The notes under the pieces are model-generated. The model was not told the DNA's origin, made no database searches, and saw only the letters and a program-made list of their open reading frames with translations. From the NCBI GenBank assembly GCA_963708395.1, contig CAVPSG010000002.1, forward strand, positions 1,167 to 65,166: a stretch of DNA of 64,000 nt. Direction: 5' to 3'. The DNA comes from an uncultured Acidobacteriota bacterium. GTDB taxonomy: Bacteria; Acidobacteriota; Thermoanaerobaculia; UBA5066; Gp7-AA6. This document shows, piece by piece, positions 36,940-47,340 of the stretch; within the stretch, counting starts at the first letter, position 1; each line of letters starts with the position of its first letter. Made by a program: the position numbers and the translations under genes.

Positions 36940-38711
36940 ATGCCGCTCTCTCCGCTGACACGCCTGCGCTCTGCGCTGGCCTTCATCACTGGTTGGTTCA
37001 GCTCGCACGAGCGCGACTCTCGCCTCGCCGAGGAGATCCGCTTCCATATGGAGATGGAGGCGGAAGCGTCCCGCTGCAAGAGGACGTCCTGCGCGACGTC
37101 CGGCAGGCGCTCTGGATTCTCTTCGGCGCCGCCGCGGTGGTGCTCGCGGTCGCCTGCGCGAACATCTCCAACCTCTGGCTGGCGCGGGCCGCCGCGCGAG
37201 ACCGCGACACCGGCATCCGCATCGCATTGGGAGCGGGGCGGGCGCGGATTCTTCGGCAGGCCGTGGCCGAGGGCCTCCTCGTCGCGGCCGCGGCCGCCGC
37301 CGTCGGCCTGCTCCTCGCGGCGCAGGCGGTTCCGATCGTCCTTCGCCTCATCCCATTCGACTACATCCCCGCCGAGGCGGACCCGCGCGTCGACGTCTGG
37401 GCGGCGACATACGGCGTCGCGATCTGTATCGCCGCGGGCGTCTTCTTCGGCCTTCTGCCGGCCGCGCGCTGGCGTCGAATCGGCGCGGCGGTCTCGGGCG
37501 GAGCGAGCCCGCGGACGACCTCGGATCCCCGGGCGCGCCGCATGCGCCGGCTCTTCCTGGCCGGCCAGATCGCGCTCGCCGTGGTGGTGACGTCCAGCAC
37601 GACCCTTCTCGTCGAGAGCTTCCATCGCCTTCTCGCCACCCCGACGGGGTTTCGGTCGGACGGCGTCGTGACGCTGCGCGTTGCGCTCCCGCGGCTGCGG
37701 TACGAATCGGAGAGCCGCGCGCGCGGCCTGCTCCAGAACCTCCTCGAGAATCTCGAAAGCGATCGGACGATCGCGCGCGCGGGAGCCGTCAGCAGCCTCC
37801 CGCTCGATCGCGCGACGCCGAGCCGGCGGCTCGAGATCGAGGGCCGTTCCGAACCGGCGGCGGCCGGCGTCTTCGACGCCGACGTGCTCGCCGCGTCGGC
37901 GGGTTACTTCGAGACGCTCGGCATCCCGACGCTCGCCGGGCGGAAGATCGCGGAGACCGACACGGCGGCCAGCCCGCCCGTCGCCGTGATCAACCGCACG
38001 ATGGCCGACCGATTCTTCCCCGGTGAGAACGCCGTCGGCCGGCGGCTTCGTGTCTCGAACGACGCCGCATGGCGAACGATCGTCGGCGTCGTGAGCGACG
38101 TTCGCCAGCGGAGCCTGGAACAGCCGCCGCGCCAGGCCCTCTTCGTCCCGCTCGCCCAGGCCGACCCGGCCCCGCGATCCCTCGCTGTCGTCGTGAACGC
38201 CGCCGGAGGAGCCGAAGCGGCGGCGGCGGCCGTGCGCCGCGCGCTCGCGCGCCTCGACCCGGAGATTCCCGTCTTCGCGGTCGAGGAGATGGATCGGCGG
38301 ATTTCGGACTCTCTCGCCGGCCGCCGGCTCGCGGCTTTCCTGCTGCTCTTGCTGACCGCAGCCGCGATCGGCCTCGCGGCCCTCGGCACGTCGGCGGTCG
38401 CGGCGTACGACGTCGTGCAGCGGCGGCGGGAGATCGGGATCCGGATGACGCTCGGCGCCCGGCCCGATCGAATCTCGCGCGACGTCCTCGCCGAATCGCT
38501 GCGCACGGCCGTGGCGGGAATCGCGGCCGGGCTCGTCCTCGCAGTTGCAGCGAGCCGGATCCTTTCGGCGCTTCTCTCGGACACGTCGGCCGGTCTTTCC
38601 TCGCTTGCGAGCGGCGCCGCGGCGCTCGCCGGCGCGACCGTTCTCGCGAGCTGGGTTCCCGCCCGGCGCGCGGCGAAGACCGACCCGGCAATCTCGATTC
38701 GGGGAGAGTAA
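36940..38711 (+). pseudogene. ADOP permease: N-terminal ~42 codons joined out of frame to the C-terminal part of an ADOP gene at ~37066
   Basis: …RDSRLAEEIRFHMEMEAE ends abruptly. Another frame resumes at VPLQEDVLRDVRQALWILFGAAAVVLAVACANISNL. The first periplasmic domain is missing. Confidence 0.85.
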
Positions 38712-38715
38712 GAGA

Positions 38716-38747
38716 CCCTCACCCCGGTTCTCTCCCTTGACGGGAAG
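38716..38747 (+). repeat. Degenerate CCCTCACC…CTCTCCC-type palindromic repeat
   Basis: ccctcaccccggttctctcccttgacgggaag resembles the reverse complement of 48038-48076. Confidence 0.4.
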
Positions 38748-38758
38748 CGTGAAGACGT

Positions 38759-39361
38759 CTACCGCAGCGTCAGCTGGCCGGCGCCGACATGAGCATGGAG
38801 GCGGTAAGGGCCGCTGCCCTCCCTCTTGAAGGAACGAAACAGACCGCCGTGCTCCTCGCCGAATGGATCGCCGTCGACCTCGCCGGTGAACACCGACGCG
38901 TCCACACGCCCGTAGTCGGCCGGGTTGCCCAGCCGGACCGTCAGATCGCCCGCGTGGAGCTCGATGTCCTTGTTGCCGACGACGTTCTCGACGTTCACCT
39001 CGCCGAACGGGATCCGGGCGTAGAGATCGGTGCTTTTCGGAATGCCGATCGTGATCGTGAGGTCGTTGTGCGGGCCTCCCGAAACGCGCAGATCGGCCGC
39101 GCCCTCATGGCGATCGAGTCGCACCTTCAGCTTCCTCGCTTCCGGAGCGCTCTTGCCCGACAGGGTGACCGTGATCCTGTCCTGGTCGCTCCCCACGATC
39201 TCGATGTCGCCCGAGCGGACGTGGAGGTTCAATCGGCTGCCCGAGGCGAAATCTGCGGAAAAGCCCGTGTCTACGATGTCCGTGACTTCGACCCGCGGCG
39301 CGGCGGCCGCGGACGCTGCGACGAGCAGCCCGGCGGCGAAGAGAAGAAGGAAGCGGCGCAT
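38759..39361 (-). CDS. Exported beta-strand repeat protein (DUF4097/adhesin-like)
   Basis: Signal peptide, then SGDIEIVGSDQDRITV, GEVNVENV and GDLTVRL. Confidence 0.6.
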   Translation of the reverse strand: MRRFLLLFAAGLLVAASAAAAPRVEVTDIVDTGFSADFASGSRLNLHVRSGDIEIVGSDQDRITVTLSGKSAPEARKLKVRLDRHEGAADLRVSGGPHNDLTITIGIPKSTDLYARIPFGEVNVENVVGNKDIELHAGDLTVRLGNPADYGRVDASVFTGEVDGDPFGEEHGGLFRSFKREGSGPYRLHAHVGAGQLTLR

Positions 39362-39424
39362 ACACTTACCCTCCTTCCCGCAAGTACGCAGATGGCGGGC
39401 GGATGTTCCCCCGGGGAGGAGAAC

Positions 39425-39485
39425 GGGCGGGGACGAGCCCCGCCCCTACCATCCGACGCGGTAGGGGTGGCGCTTGGGGCCGCCC
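39425..39485. repeat. Two GTAG-type REPs
   Basis: gggcggggacgagccccgcccctac (39425-39449, minus orientation) and gtaggggtggcgcttggggccgccc (39461-39485). Confidence 0.8.
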
Positions 39486-39489
39486 GACC

Positions 39490-39969
39490 TTAGGTCTCGT
39501 TCGCGATCGTGATCTTGAACCCGTCCGGATCGGTCAGCGAAATGACGCGCGCGCCCCAGGGCTGATCGGTCGGTCCCTGATCGAGCGTGCCGCCTTTCGA
39601 CTCGATCCGCTTCGCGATGTCGTCGACACTCTTCTTCGTCGTGCAGAACATCCGGAAGCCTTCGCCCTTCTTCCGGTCGCGGCCCTTCTTCCAGTCGTCC
39701 TGCCCGATCATGAACGACACGTCGCCGGCCTTCAGCGACACGCCGACGACTTTTCCCTCATCCTTCCACGTCTCCTCGACGTCGAACCCGAGCACGTCGC
39801 GATACCAGCCGAGGCTCTTGTCCAGATCGCCCACCGTGAAGCTCGGTGACGCCGATCTCAAAGTCAGTGACCGGGCTCCCCCGTTGCCGGACTTCGAGGC
39901 CGTCGCCTTCGGTTTGCGGGGAGCCGCCTTCTTCGCACGAGCCGTCTTCGCCGATTTCTTCGTCGCCAT
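39490..39969 (-). CDS. VOC/glyoxalase family protein with a Lys/Ala-rich N-terminal extension
   Basis: TVGDLDKSLGWYRDVLGF and DQPWGARVISLTDPDGFKI. Confidence 0.88.
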   Translation of the reverse strand: MATKKSAKTARAKKAAPRKPKATASKSGNGGARSLTLRSASPSFTVGDLDKSLGWYRDVLGFDVEETWKDEGKVVGVSLKAGDVSFMIGQDDWKKGRDRKKGEGFRMFCTTKKSVDDIAKRIESKGGTLDQGPTDQPWGARVISLTDPDGFKITIANET

Positions 39970-40075
39970 GATCAGACCTCCAGGCAGGCGAGGCTATGAC
40001 CGCGGGTCCGGCCAGTCAACTCGGTGGGACGAAGGACGGAACTCTCGCGGCCGAGAAGCGTCAAGCCGTGCAGCC

Positions 40076-41119
40076 ATGCTCAAGACTGCTCGGATTCCGG
40101 CGCTCCTGCTCGCGATCGCGACACCCGCCGTCGCCGCGGGGCCCCCCGCTCCGAGGCCGCCCGGACGCCTCGTCGATCTCGGGGGACATCGACTTCACAT
40201 CCTCTGTACCGGCGCCGTGAGGCCGACCGTGGTGGTCGAAAACGGGCTCGGGGACTTTTCGTTCGACTGGGCCCTCGTTCAGGACCGCGTGTCGAGGTTC
40301 GCGCGCATCTGTACCTACGACCGCGCCGGCTACGCCTGGAGCGACCCGGGACCGAAGCCGCGGACCTTCGCACAGATCAACCTCGAGCTGCGAGAGGCGC
40401 TCCACCGGCTCGGCGAGAAGGGGCCGTTCATCCTCGTCGGGCATTCCTACGGCGGACCGGTCGTCCGGCAGTTCGCGCAGACGTACCGGGGCGACGTCGC
40501 GGGTCTCGTTCTCGCCGAGTCCGTCTCCGAGAACCAGCCGATCACCATTCCGCACGGCGTTCTCCGTCTCTTCGAGGGCGCCCGTGGTGCTCCGATCCCG
40601 GAACCGCGCGAATCGATGCTCCCGGAGGATCGGCCGCCACCATCCGGTCCGGCGCCCGCCGGCGTCGACGAGCTGCCTCCGATTTACGCGAGGCTCCCGG
40701 AGAAGGCGCAGCATTTCCGGCGATGGGCCCAGACGCTCACGGCAATCGATGACGCGGAAGCGAGTCAGCGCGAGTGGTCGGTCGAGTACTTCGCGCGGTG
40801 GCACGCCGTGCCGCAGGACGGGATCCTCGGCGATCTGCCGCTGATCGTCCTCACGCGCGAAAATGGCGGCTACGGCGACGGCCACGGCGTGCCCGCCGAA
40901 CGGCTCGAGAAGGAGCGCCGCGATGCGCAGGCCGCCCTGGCGCGCCTCTCGATCCGGGGCGAGCAGCGAATTCTCCCGACCGGCCACCGGATGCATCTCG
41001 AGGCGCCGGACGACGTCGCCCGTGCGATCGAGGACGTCGTCGATACGGTGAGGTCCTCGAACCGGAAGCCGGAAGAGAGACCTTCACCTCGACGATGTCC
41101 CCTCCCGGGGGTTGAATGA
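40076..41119 (+). CDS. Exported alpha/beta hydrolase
   Basis: GRLVDLGGHRLHILCTG, YDRAGYAWSDPG, nucleophile motif GHSYGG, and GHRMHLE. Confidence 0.92.
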   Translation: MLKTARIPALLLAIATPAVAAGPPAPRPPGRLVDLGGHRLHILCTGAVRPTVVVENGLGDFSFDWALVQDRVSRFARICTYDRAGYAWSDPGPKPRTFAQINLELREALHRLGEKGPFILVGHSYGGPVVRQFAQTYRGDVAGLVLAESVSENQPITIPHGVLRLFEGARGAPIPEPRESMLPEDRPPPSGPAPAGVDELPPIYARLPEKAQHFRRWAQTLTAIDDAEASQREWSVEYFARWHAVPQDGILGDLPLIVLTRENGGYGDGHGVPAERLEKERRDAQAALARLSIRGEQRILPTGHRMHLEAPDDVARAIEDVVDTVRSSNRKPEERPSPRRCPLPGVE

Positions 41120-41788
41120 AGCGGCCCGGCTCGCCCGAATGACGCGCCGGATCGCGATGACGCCGGGGATCATCGGCAGGACGGCCGTATAGAGACCCGG
41201 AAAGTAATACACACCCGTCGCCTTCAGCCAGTAGTTGGGCATGTCGGCCATGAAGCGGCCATTCGAGACGATCTGTGAGACCGGGCCGGCAACCTCCGGC
41301 CGAATCGCCGGCCTCAGGAGCGGAAAGATGAAGTGCGTGAACTCCGCCACGCCGGGACCGATGAAGATGAACCAGGCGATGAAGCCCGCCAGAGGAAACC
41401 GGTAGAAGAGGCCGAGAGCGGTCAACGCGTAGATCGTCGGCCCGATGAAAGCGAAGATCATCAGAAACGAGTGCTCGGTCCAGCTGATGTCGAACAGGCG
41501 GCTCATCGCCGGACCGAATCCCTTCTGGTACTCCTCGATCATGTGAATCTCGAGCGCGGCCACGGTCAGAAGAAACGGCGGCAGGATGATTCGGGGCTGC
41601 AGGGGATTTTTCAGGTAGGTGCGCGTCCACATCACGAAACCCGCGATGCCGGACCCGCCGACGATGACGACCGGCGGCAGGCCGATGCTCCGGTAGCCGC
41701 CGATCATCGCGGCCGCCACGAAGACGACGGCCGCGATCACGCTCACGAGGCGGGCTCGCGCGGAGAACAGGATCGGCGCCTCCCCCAT
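41084..41788 (-). CDS. HXXEE-domain membrane protein
   Basis: Multiple hydrophobic helices, LEIHMIEEY and YFPGLYTA. Confidence 0.75.
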   Translation of the reverse strand: MGEAPILFSARARLVSVIAAVVFVAAAMIGGYRSIGLPPVVIVGGSGIAGFVMWTRTYLKNPLQPRIILPPFLLTVAALEIHMIEEYQKGFGPAMSRLFDISWTEHSFLMIFAFIGPTIYALTALGLFYRFPLAGFIAWFIFIGPGVAEFTHFIFPLLRPAIRPEVAGPVSQIVSNGRFMADMPNYWLKATGVYYFPGLYTAVLPMIPGVIAIRRVIRASRAASFNPREGTSSR

Positions 41789-41800
41789 GTTCTCTACTTT

Positions 41801-42934
41801 CTACTTCAATTTCGCCCCGTCGAGGGCCTCCTCCGCCGCCTTTTCGGTGAGCTTCGCCACGACCTTGCGGAAGTCGTCGCTCAACGGAGCCTCCGGAGCG
41901 TACTCCCGCCCGATCCGGTCCACGTCGACCGCCGCCCGCAGCTCGCTCAACTGGAAGACACCGCGCGCGAGCGCGGCGTGCACCTGATCGAGGACCGTTG
42001 CGAAGAGCGCGATCGTCCGCCGAAGGTAAGTCTCGTCGTGCATCACGGGCCCCTGACCGGGAACGATCGCGGCCGTGTCGAGCGCTTCGAGCCTCCGAAG
42101 GCTCTCGAGCCAGGGCGTGATCGCGTAGGAATTCGTCGTCCAGGGCGGCGGGCCGTTGCCGTCCTCGGGGCTCACGAGGACGTCCCCGGTGACGAGGATC
42201 CGGCTTCCCGGCAGGTACAAGACGGTCGACCCGGTCGCGTCGCCCGTCACGCTCATCAATCGCAGCTCGCGACGGCCGCTCCAGAACGTCATCTCGTCCC
42301 GATAGACGACATTCGGAAGGACGCGCGGGAGCGCCGCGACCTCGCCCGCGAACTGGCTCGCCATCTGAATGCTCGCCTCCTTGCGGGCGCGAACGGCCGC
42401 GGTGAGCGGTGACCCGTCGGCGAGCTTCCCGCTCTGGATCGCCGCTGCCAGCTCTTCGCGCATCTTCGACAGACCGAACTGCTCGAGCTCGTTGACGAAG
42501 AACTTGGACCCCATCACCGCCATGTAGGCGCGCGTCTCAGCGCTCGAGACGATGCGAAGCCCCGGGAATGCCTTCGCATACGCGTCGTTGCCGGACCAGT
42601 GGTCCTGGTGCCAGTGCGAATTGATGAGGACGCGCACGGGCTTGTCCGTCCGCTTGCGGATCTCGGCGATCACCGCCTTCGCGGTCACTGCGCGCGTGCA
42701 GCTGTCGAAGACGGTGACGTCGTCGTCGTCGACGATCACCACCGAGTTCGTCGCCGTCCAGTATTCGAGATCCGACGGCGCGCGGAAGACGTAGACGCCG
42801 CCGCCGAGGTCTTCCTCGGTCAGCATCGCCCGGGCCTTTTCGACCGAGGTTTCCAGCGGATGCGGCTGCGCGAGAGCCGCGGCGGCCGAAAGCCCGAACG
42901 CGAGAGCCAGAGAACCGGTGAGCCGGAACGTCAT
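41801..42934 (-). CDS. Exported MBL-fold metallo-hydrolase
   Basis: Start after GGAGG. Motifs INSHWHQDHWSGN, LVTGDVL and IVPGQG. Confidence 0.88.
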   Translation of the reverse strand: MTFRLTGSLALAFGLSAAAALAQPHPLETSVEKARAMLTEEDLGGGVYVFRAPSDLEYWTATNSVVIVDDDDVTVFDSCTRAVTAKAVIAEIRKRTDKPVRVLINSHWHQDHWSGNDAYAKAFPGLRIVSSAETRAYMAVMGSKFFVNELEQFGLSKMREELAAAIQSGKLADGSPLTAAVRARKEASIQMASQFAGEVAALPRVLPNVVYRDEMTFWSGRRELRLMSVTGDATGSTVLYLPGSRILVTGDVLVSPEDGNGPPPWTTNSYAITPWLESLRRLEALDTAAIVPGQGPVMHDETYLRRTIALFATVLDQVHAALARGVFQLSELRAAVDVDRIGREYAPEAPLSDDFRKVVAKLTEKAAEEALDGAKLK

Positions 42935-43138
42935 GTCGTCCTCCCGGGAGCCACTGACTGCTCGTACGAGGCGGCTCTCGAGCGGTTGCGCCCTTCGTCC
43001 CGCCGTTCGTCGAATAGGCTGCCGACGGTTCATGACCCGGAAGCGGGACCGGGAGGCTAACCTCTTTCCGGCGACGCGCGTCGGACAGAACGCCGAGCGC
43101 CGCTCCGGTTTAGAGTAGGCGCCTTCGGAGGAGCGCTC

Positions 43139-45217
43139 ATGACCCTTCGCCGCCTCGCCCTCGTCCTGATGGCCGCTTCGATCCTGGCCTCCGCGCGCGC
43201 CGCCGCCCAAAAGCCCCAAACCTCTTCGTCCGACGTCCAGGCCACGCTGGTGAAGGTGCCCCCGGAAGTCCCGGCGAGCGCGCGGCGCTACGCGGTCCTG
43301 TTCGCCGGCAACAAGGCCGGCATCCTCGCGATCTGGGACACGCCGGACGGCGCGCGCCACAATTTCTTCGCGTTCAACGACCGCGGACGCGGGCCGTCGA
43401 TCCTGTCCCGCTTCGTCGTGGACAAGGGCGGCATCCCCGTCGAGATCCACGCGGCGGGAAACAACTATCTGAAGACTCCGATTCAGGAGACGTTCCGCAT
43501 GTCGGGCGGAAAGGCCTCCTGGTCGAACAAGTCCGAGAAAGGGGAAAAGCCGATCTCGGGCGCGTCGTTCTACGTGCCGATCGACGCGGTCCTGACGGGC
43601 GAGCTCGAGCGGGCCCTCCTCGCGGCGCCGGGGCACCGGCTGCCGCTGCTTCCGGAAGGCGAAGCGCGGATCGAGAAAGTCGCCGACCGTCCGGTCGAGG
43701 TCGGCGGAACGAAGCACACGGCGACGCTGTACGAGGTCACCGGACTCTCGTTCACGCCGAGCCCGACGTGGCTTCTGGAGGACAAGAGCTTCTTCGCGAG
43801 CGGCAGCGACTGGTCCGCGACGGTCCCCGAGGGCGCGGAAGCCGCATGGCCGGCGCTCCTCGAGGCGCAGAAGGCGCACGCCGCGGCGCTCGGAGGAGAA
43901 GCGGCGGCGAAGCTGCGGAAGAAGCCGGCGAAGGACCTCGTCATCGAGCACGCGCGTCTCTTCGACAGCGAGGCCGGCACGGTCCGGGACGGCATGTCGG
44001 TGCGGATCTCCGGCGGCAAGATCGCGGCCGTCGCCAAGGACGGCGATGCGAGCCTCGGCCTCGGATCCTCACCCGAGATCCTCGACGCGAAAGGCAAGAT
44101 GCTCCTCCCGGGGCTCTGGGACATGCACGTCCACCTCGGAGACTGGGACGACGGTCTCCTCCATCTCGCGGCCGGAGTCACGACGGTCCGCGACCTCGCC
44201 AACGACATCGACCACCTGCAGGACCTGCGCGGAAAGTTCGATGCCGGCACTCTGGCCGGTCCGCGCGTCATCATGGCGGGATTCATCGACGGGCGCGGCC
44301 CGTTCCAGGGCCCGACGAAGATCTTCGCCGACACTCCCGAGGAAGCGAAGGCCGACATCGCGAAGTACAAATCGCTCGGCTACGAGCAGATCAAGATCTA
44401 CAGCTCGGTCAAGCCCGAGCTCGTCCCGATCATCGCCGCCGAAGCGCACCGGAACGGGATGCGCGTCAGCGGACACATCCCCGCCTTCATGACGATGGAG
44501 CAGGCCGTCGCGGCGGGCTACGACGAGGTCCAGCACGCCAACTTCTGGTTCCTGAACTTCCTCTTCGACAAGGCCCCGGACACGCGCACGCCGGCGAGGT
44601 TCACGGCGGTCGCCGAACACGCCGCGGAGCTCGACCTCGATTCGGATCGCGTGCGGGCGTTCGTGAAACTCCTGCAGGATCACCATACGGTCCTCGATCC
44701 CACGGTGAGCGTGTTCGAGGACATGTTCGTCGGACGGGACGGCTCGTACGCGCCGACGCTCGCGCCGGTGGCCGGGCGCCTGCCGCCGCAAATCCGGAGA
44801 AACTTCTTGAACGTCGGCCTTCCCGTGCCGGCCGGAATGGATCAGCGGTATCGGGATTCGTACCAGGCGATGCTGAAGATGCTCAAGAAGCTTCACGACG
44901 CCGGGCTCACGATCGTCGCGGGAACCGACGATCTGCCCGGCTTCACGCTCCACCGGGAGCTCGTCAACTACGTCGCCGCGGGGATCCCGGCGCCTCGCGT
45001 GCTTCAGATGGCGACGATCGACCCGGCGCGCGTGATGAAGCGCGACAAGGTCTCCGGATCCATCGCGGCGGGCAAGAACGCGGACGTCATCCTCGTGGAC
45101 GGCGATCCGACCGCGCGGATCACCGACATCCGCCGCGTCGTGACCGTGATCAAGGACGGCACCGTGTACGACGCCGCGGCGCTCTATACGACGCTGGGGG
45201 TCAAGCCGGCGGAGTAG
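43139..45217 (+). CDS. Exported amidohydrolase family protein
   Basis: LPGLWDMHVH, GVTTVRD, QIKIY, VSGHIP and GSIAAGKNADVILVDGDP. Confidence 0.92.
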   Translation: MTLRRLALVLMAASILASARAAAQKPQTSSSDVQATLVKVPPEVPASARRYAVLFAGNKAGILAIWDTPDGARHNFFAFNDRGRGPSILSRFVVDKGGIPVEIHAAGNNYLKTPIQETFRMSGGKASWSNKSEKGEKPISGASFYVPIDAVLTGELERALLAAPGHRLPLLPEGEARIEKVADRPVEVGGTKHTATLYEVTGLSFTPSPTWLLEDKSFFASGSDWSATVPEGAEAAWPALLEAQKAHAAALGGEAAAKLRKKPAKDLVIEHARLFDSEAGTVRDGMSVRISGGKIAAVAKDGDASLGLGSSPEILDAKGKMLLPGLWDMHVHLGDWDDGLLHLAAGVTTVRDLANDIDHLQDLRGKFDAGTLAGPRVIMAGFIDGRGPFQGPTKIFADTPEEAKADIAKYKSLGYEQIKIYSSVKPELVPIIAAEAHRNGMRVSGHIPAFMTMEQAVAAGYDEVQHANFWFLNFLFDKAPDTRTPARFTAVAEHAAELDLDSDRVRAFVKLLQDHHTVLDPTVSVFEDMFVGRDGSYAPTLAPVAGRLPPQIRRNFLNVGLPVPAGMDQRYRDSYQAMLKMLKKLHDAGLTIVAGTDDLPGFTLHRELVNYVAAGIPAPRVLQMATIDPARVMKRDKVSGSIAAGKNADVILVDGDPTARITDIRRVVTVIKDGTVYDAAALYTTLGVKPAE

Positions 45218-45305
45218 GGGCGCGCCCGCCAATCGCGGCTGATTGCGTAGGGGCGGCCCTCGCGGCCGCCCGACCGCGACGGGCGGGGACGAGCCCCGCC
45301 CCTAC
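45214..45305. repeat. GTAG-type REP cluster with an inverted dimer (45247-45305)
   Basis: gtaggggcgcgccc, gtaggggcggccctcgcggccgccc and gggcggggacgagccccgcccctac. The TAG stops of both convergent genes lie inside GTAG tags. Confidence 0.88.
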
Positions 45306-45964
45306 TCCAGTTCCGCCGCGTCGCCGGGCTTCACGAGACTTCGGAATGCGATTCCGCGCGAGGCGAAGTACTTCTCGAAGTTCTGATGTCGTCCCGCGAG
45401 GAACGCGTCTTTCGCGAAACCGTCGTGAATCGGCAGGATCTCCTTCGGCGTGATGCGCTCGGCAAACGCCGTTGTCTCGAGCTCCTTGGCCCATGGCGCG
45501 GAGACCGGCAGCGCGAGGGTTCGAATCCCGCGACAGACGTCGAGCTCCGCCGCGTAGGAGTCTCCGGGGACGAGCAGCGTCTCGGCGACGACGTAGGCGA
45601 TGTTTCGCGGCGGAGCCGCTCCGAGCGGCGCATGGGGAGCAGGGACCGCGCGCAGCATCGTCCCGCCCACCTTCCGTGAGCCCGCCTCGAAGACCGTCGC
45701 CTCGAGGCCCCGCCTCGCAAACGCGGCGCGCGCCTCGGCGTTCGTGAAAAGGACCGACGCCGGGTTTCTCGCGAGGATCTCCCGGACCGCTTCGTCATCC
45801 ACGTGATCGGCGTGGTCGTGCGTGACAATGACCGCGGACACGTTCCCGAAAGTCTCCGGATCGACCTCGCCGCCGAGGAACGTGAACTTCCCCGGATCGA
45901 AGAGGATCCGGTCGCCGCCGGCCTCGACCAGAAGGCAGGAATGAATGTACTTGACGACGCGCAT
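45302..45964 (-). CDS. MBL-fold metallo-hydrolase (UlaG-like)
   Basis: YIHSCLLVE, ILFDPG, VTHDHADH, PGDS and PIHD. Confidence 0.9.
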   Translation of the reverse strand: MRVVKYIHSCLLVEAGGDRILFDPGKFTFLGGEVDPETFGNVSAVIVTHDHADHVDDEAVREILARNPASVLFTNAEARAAFARRGLEATVFEAGSRKVGGTMLRAVPAPHAPLGAAPPRNIAYVVAETLLVPGDSYAAELDVCRGIRTLALPVSAPWAKELETTAFAERITPKEILPIHDGFAKDAFLAGRHQNFEKYFASRGIAFRSLVKPGDAAELE

Positions 45965-46082
45965 GCGCTTCCGCACCGGCAACGATACGGCCGGGCGTTT
46001 GGTTTCGCGAAATCGCCCGCCGAGGGCACGGCCGCACTCCGTAGTCGCGATCTCTCTTGGATAGACTCCCACCGATCTCGCC

Positions 46083-47251
46083 ATGACCGCCGTCTCCAAA
46101 GCCACGACTGTCGCGATGTCCGCGGCCTCGCGCGCGGCACGGGGGAAGGCCCTGCTCCTGCCGCAGCAGGTCGTCACGAGCCCGGAGACGCAAGCTCCAG
46201 TACCGCATCGAGCGCCTGCTCGGCGAGGGCGGCTTCGGCCAGGCCTACCTCGCGACGCGCATCGCGCTCCCGCGGCGTCCCGGCGATAGATCGCATCAAG
46301 GCGAGCGAGCACATCGACGGATGGCTGCGCGAGGCGTACTTCGGCCAGCTCCTCGACGGCCATCCGCGCGCGATCCGCGTCTTCGACGCCTTTCCGCTGA
46401 TCGCGCGAGGACGGGAGCATCCTCTACTGCCTCGCGCTCGAGTACGCGCGGCACGGCGACCTGCGCGCCTTCCTCCAGCGCACGCGGCAAGGGCTGGGCG
46501 GAGAAGACCGCGCGCCGCGAGATCGCCGGCATCCTCGAGGTGCTCGGCAAGCTCCACCGCGGCCAGATGCTCCATCGCGACCTGACGCCGATGAACGTCT
46601 TCGTCTGCGACGGACGGCAGCCTCAAGCTCGGGGACTTCGGCATCGTGCGGCAGCAGAGCGACCGGCGCGGCATCACCGCGCGCACGCTGAACCCGCTGG
46701 GCGCTCCGAGCGACATCCTCGCGGGCGCCGCCCCGAAGTGGCAGGCGCGCGACGACGTCTATCAGGTCGGACAGCTGCTCGGAATGCTGGTCAAGGGGAC
46801 GGCGAAGGACCGGATTCGCACCGGCGAGGTCCGGCGGCTGCCGCTGCAGCGACCACCTGAAGGAGATCGTCTATCGCTGCATCGGCGAGCGCGCGCAAGC
46901 GGTACGAGAGCGCGGACGAGCTGATCGACGGCGCTGACGCATCCGCCCGCGCCGCTCAAGGTCGGGCGGCTGCGCACGCTCAAGGGCGTGCACCTCGCGT
47001 TCACCGGCATCCTGACGCGGCGCCGCAGCGAGGCGGCCCGCGCCGCCCGCCGCGCCGGCGCGATCGTCCACGGCGGGCCGTCGGCGAAGACGACCGTCGT
47101 CGTGCGCGGCCGGCCCAATCCGCTGCAGGCCGCCGGCCGCGACGCGGGCCTGAAGCTCATGGAGATCAAGCGCCTGCGCGAGAAGGGGCACCGGATCACG
47201 CTGCTCAACGAGACGCAGTTCTGGCGGCTGGCGGGGCGAGGGCGTTCCTAG
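46083..47251 (+). pseudogene. Ser/Thr kinase fused to a C-terminal BRCT domain, many frameshifts
   Basis: Fragments LGEGGFGQAY, IKAS, LEYARHGDL, HRDLTPMNVF, LKLGDFG and DDVYQVG. The BRCT part reads LKGVHLAFTGILTRRRSEA…GAIVHGGPSAKTTVVVRG. Confidence 0.8.
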
Positions 47252-47340
47252 GTCTCGCACCGGGATCACGATGCGGCCCCGTCACGCGATTTTTCTCCCT
47301 TCATGGTAGTTTCCGTCCTCGATTCATGAGGAGGTTTGTC

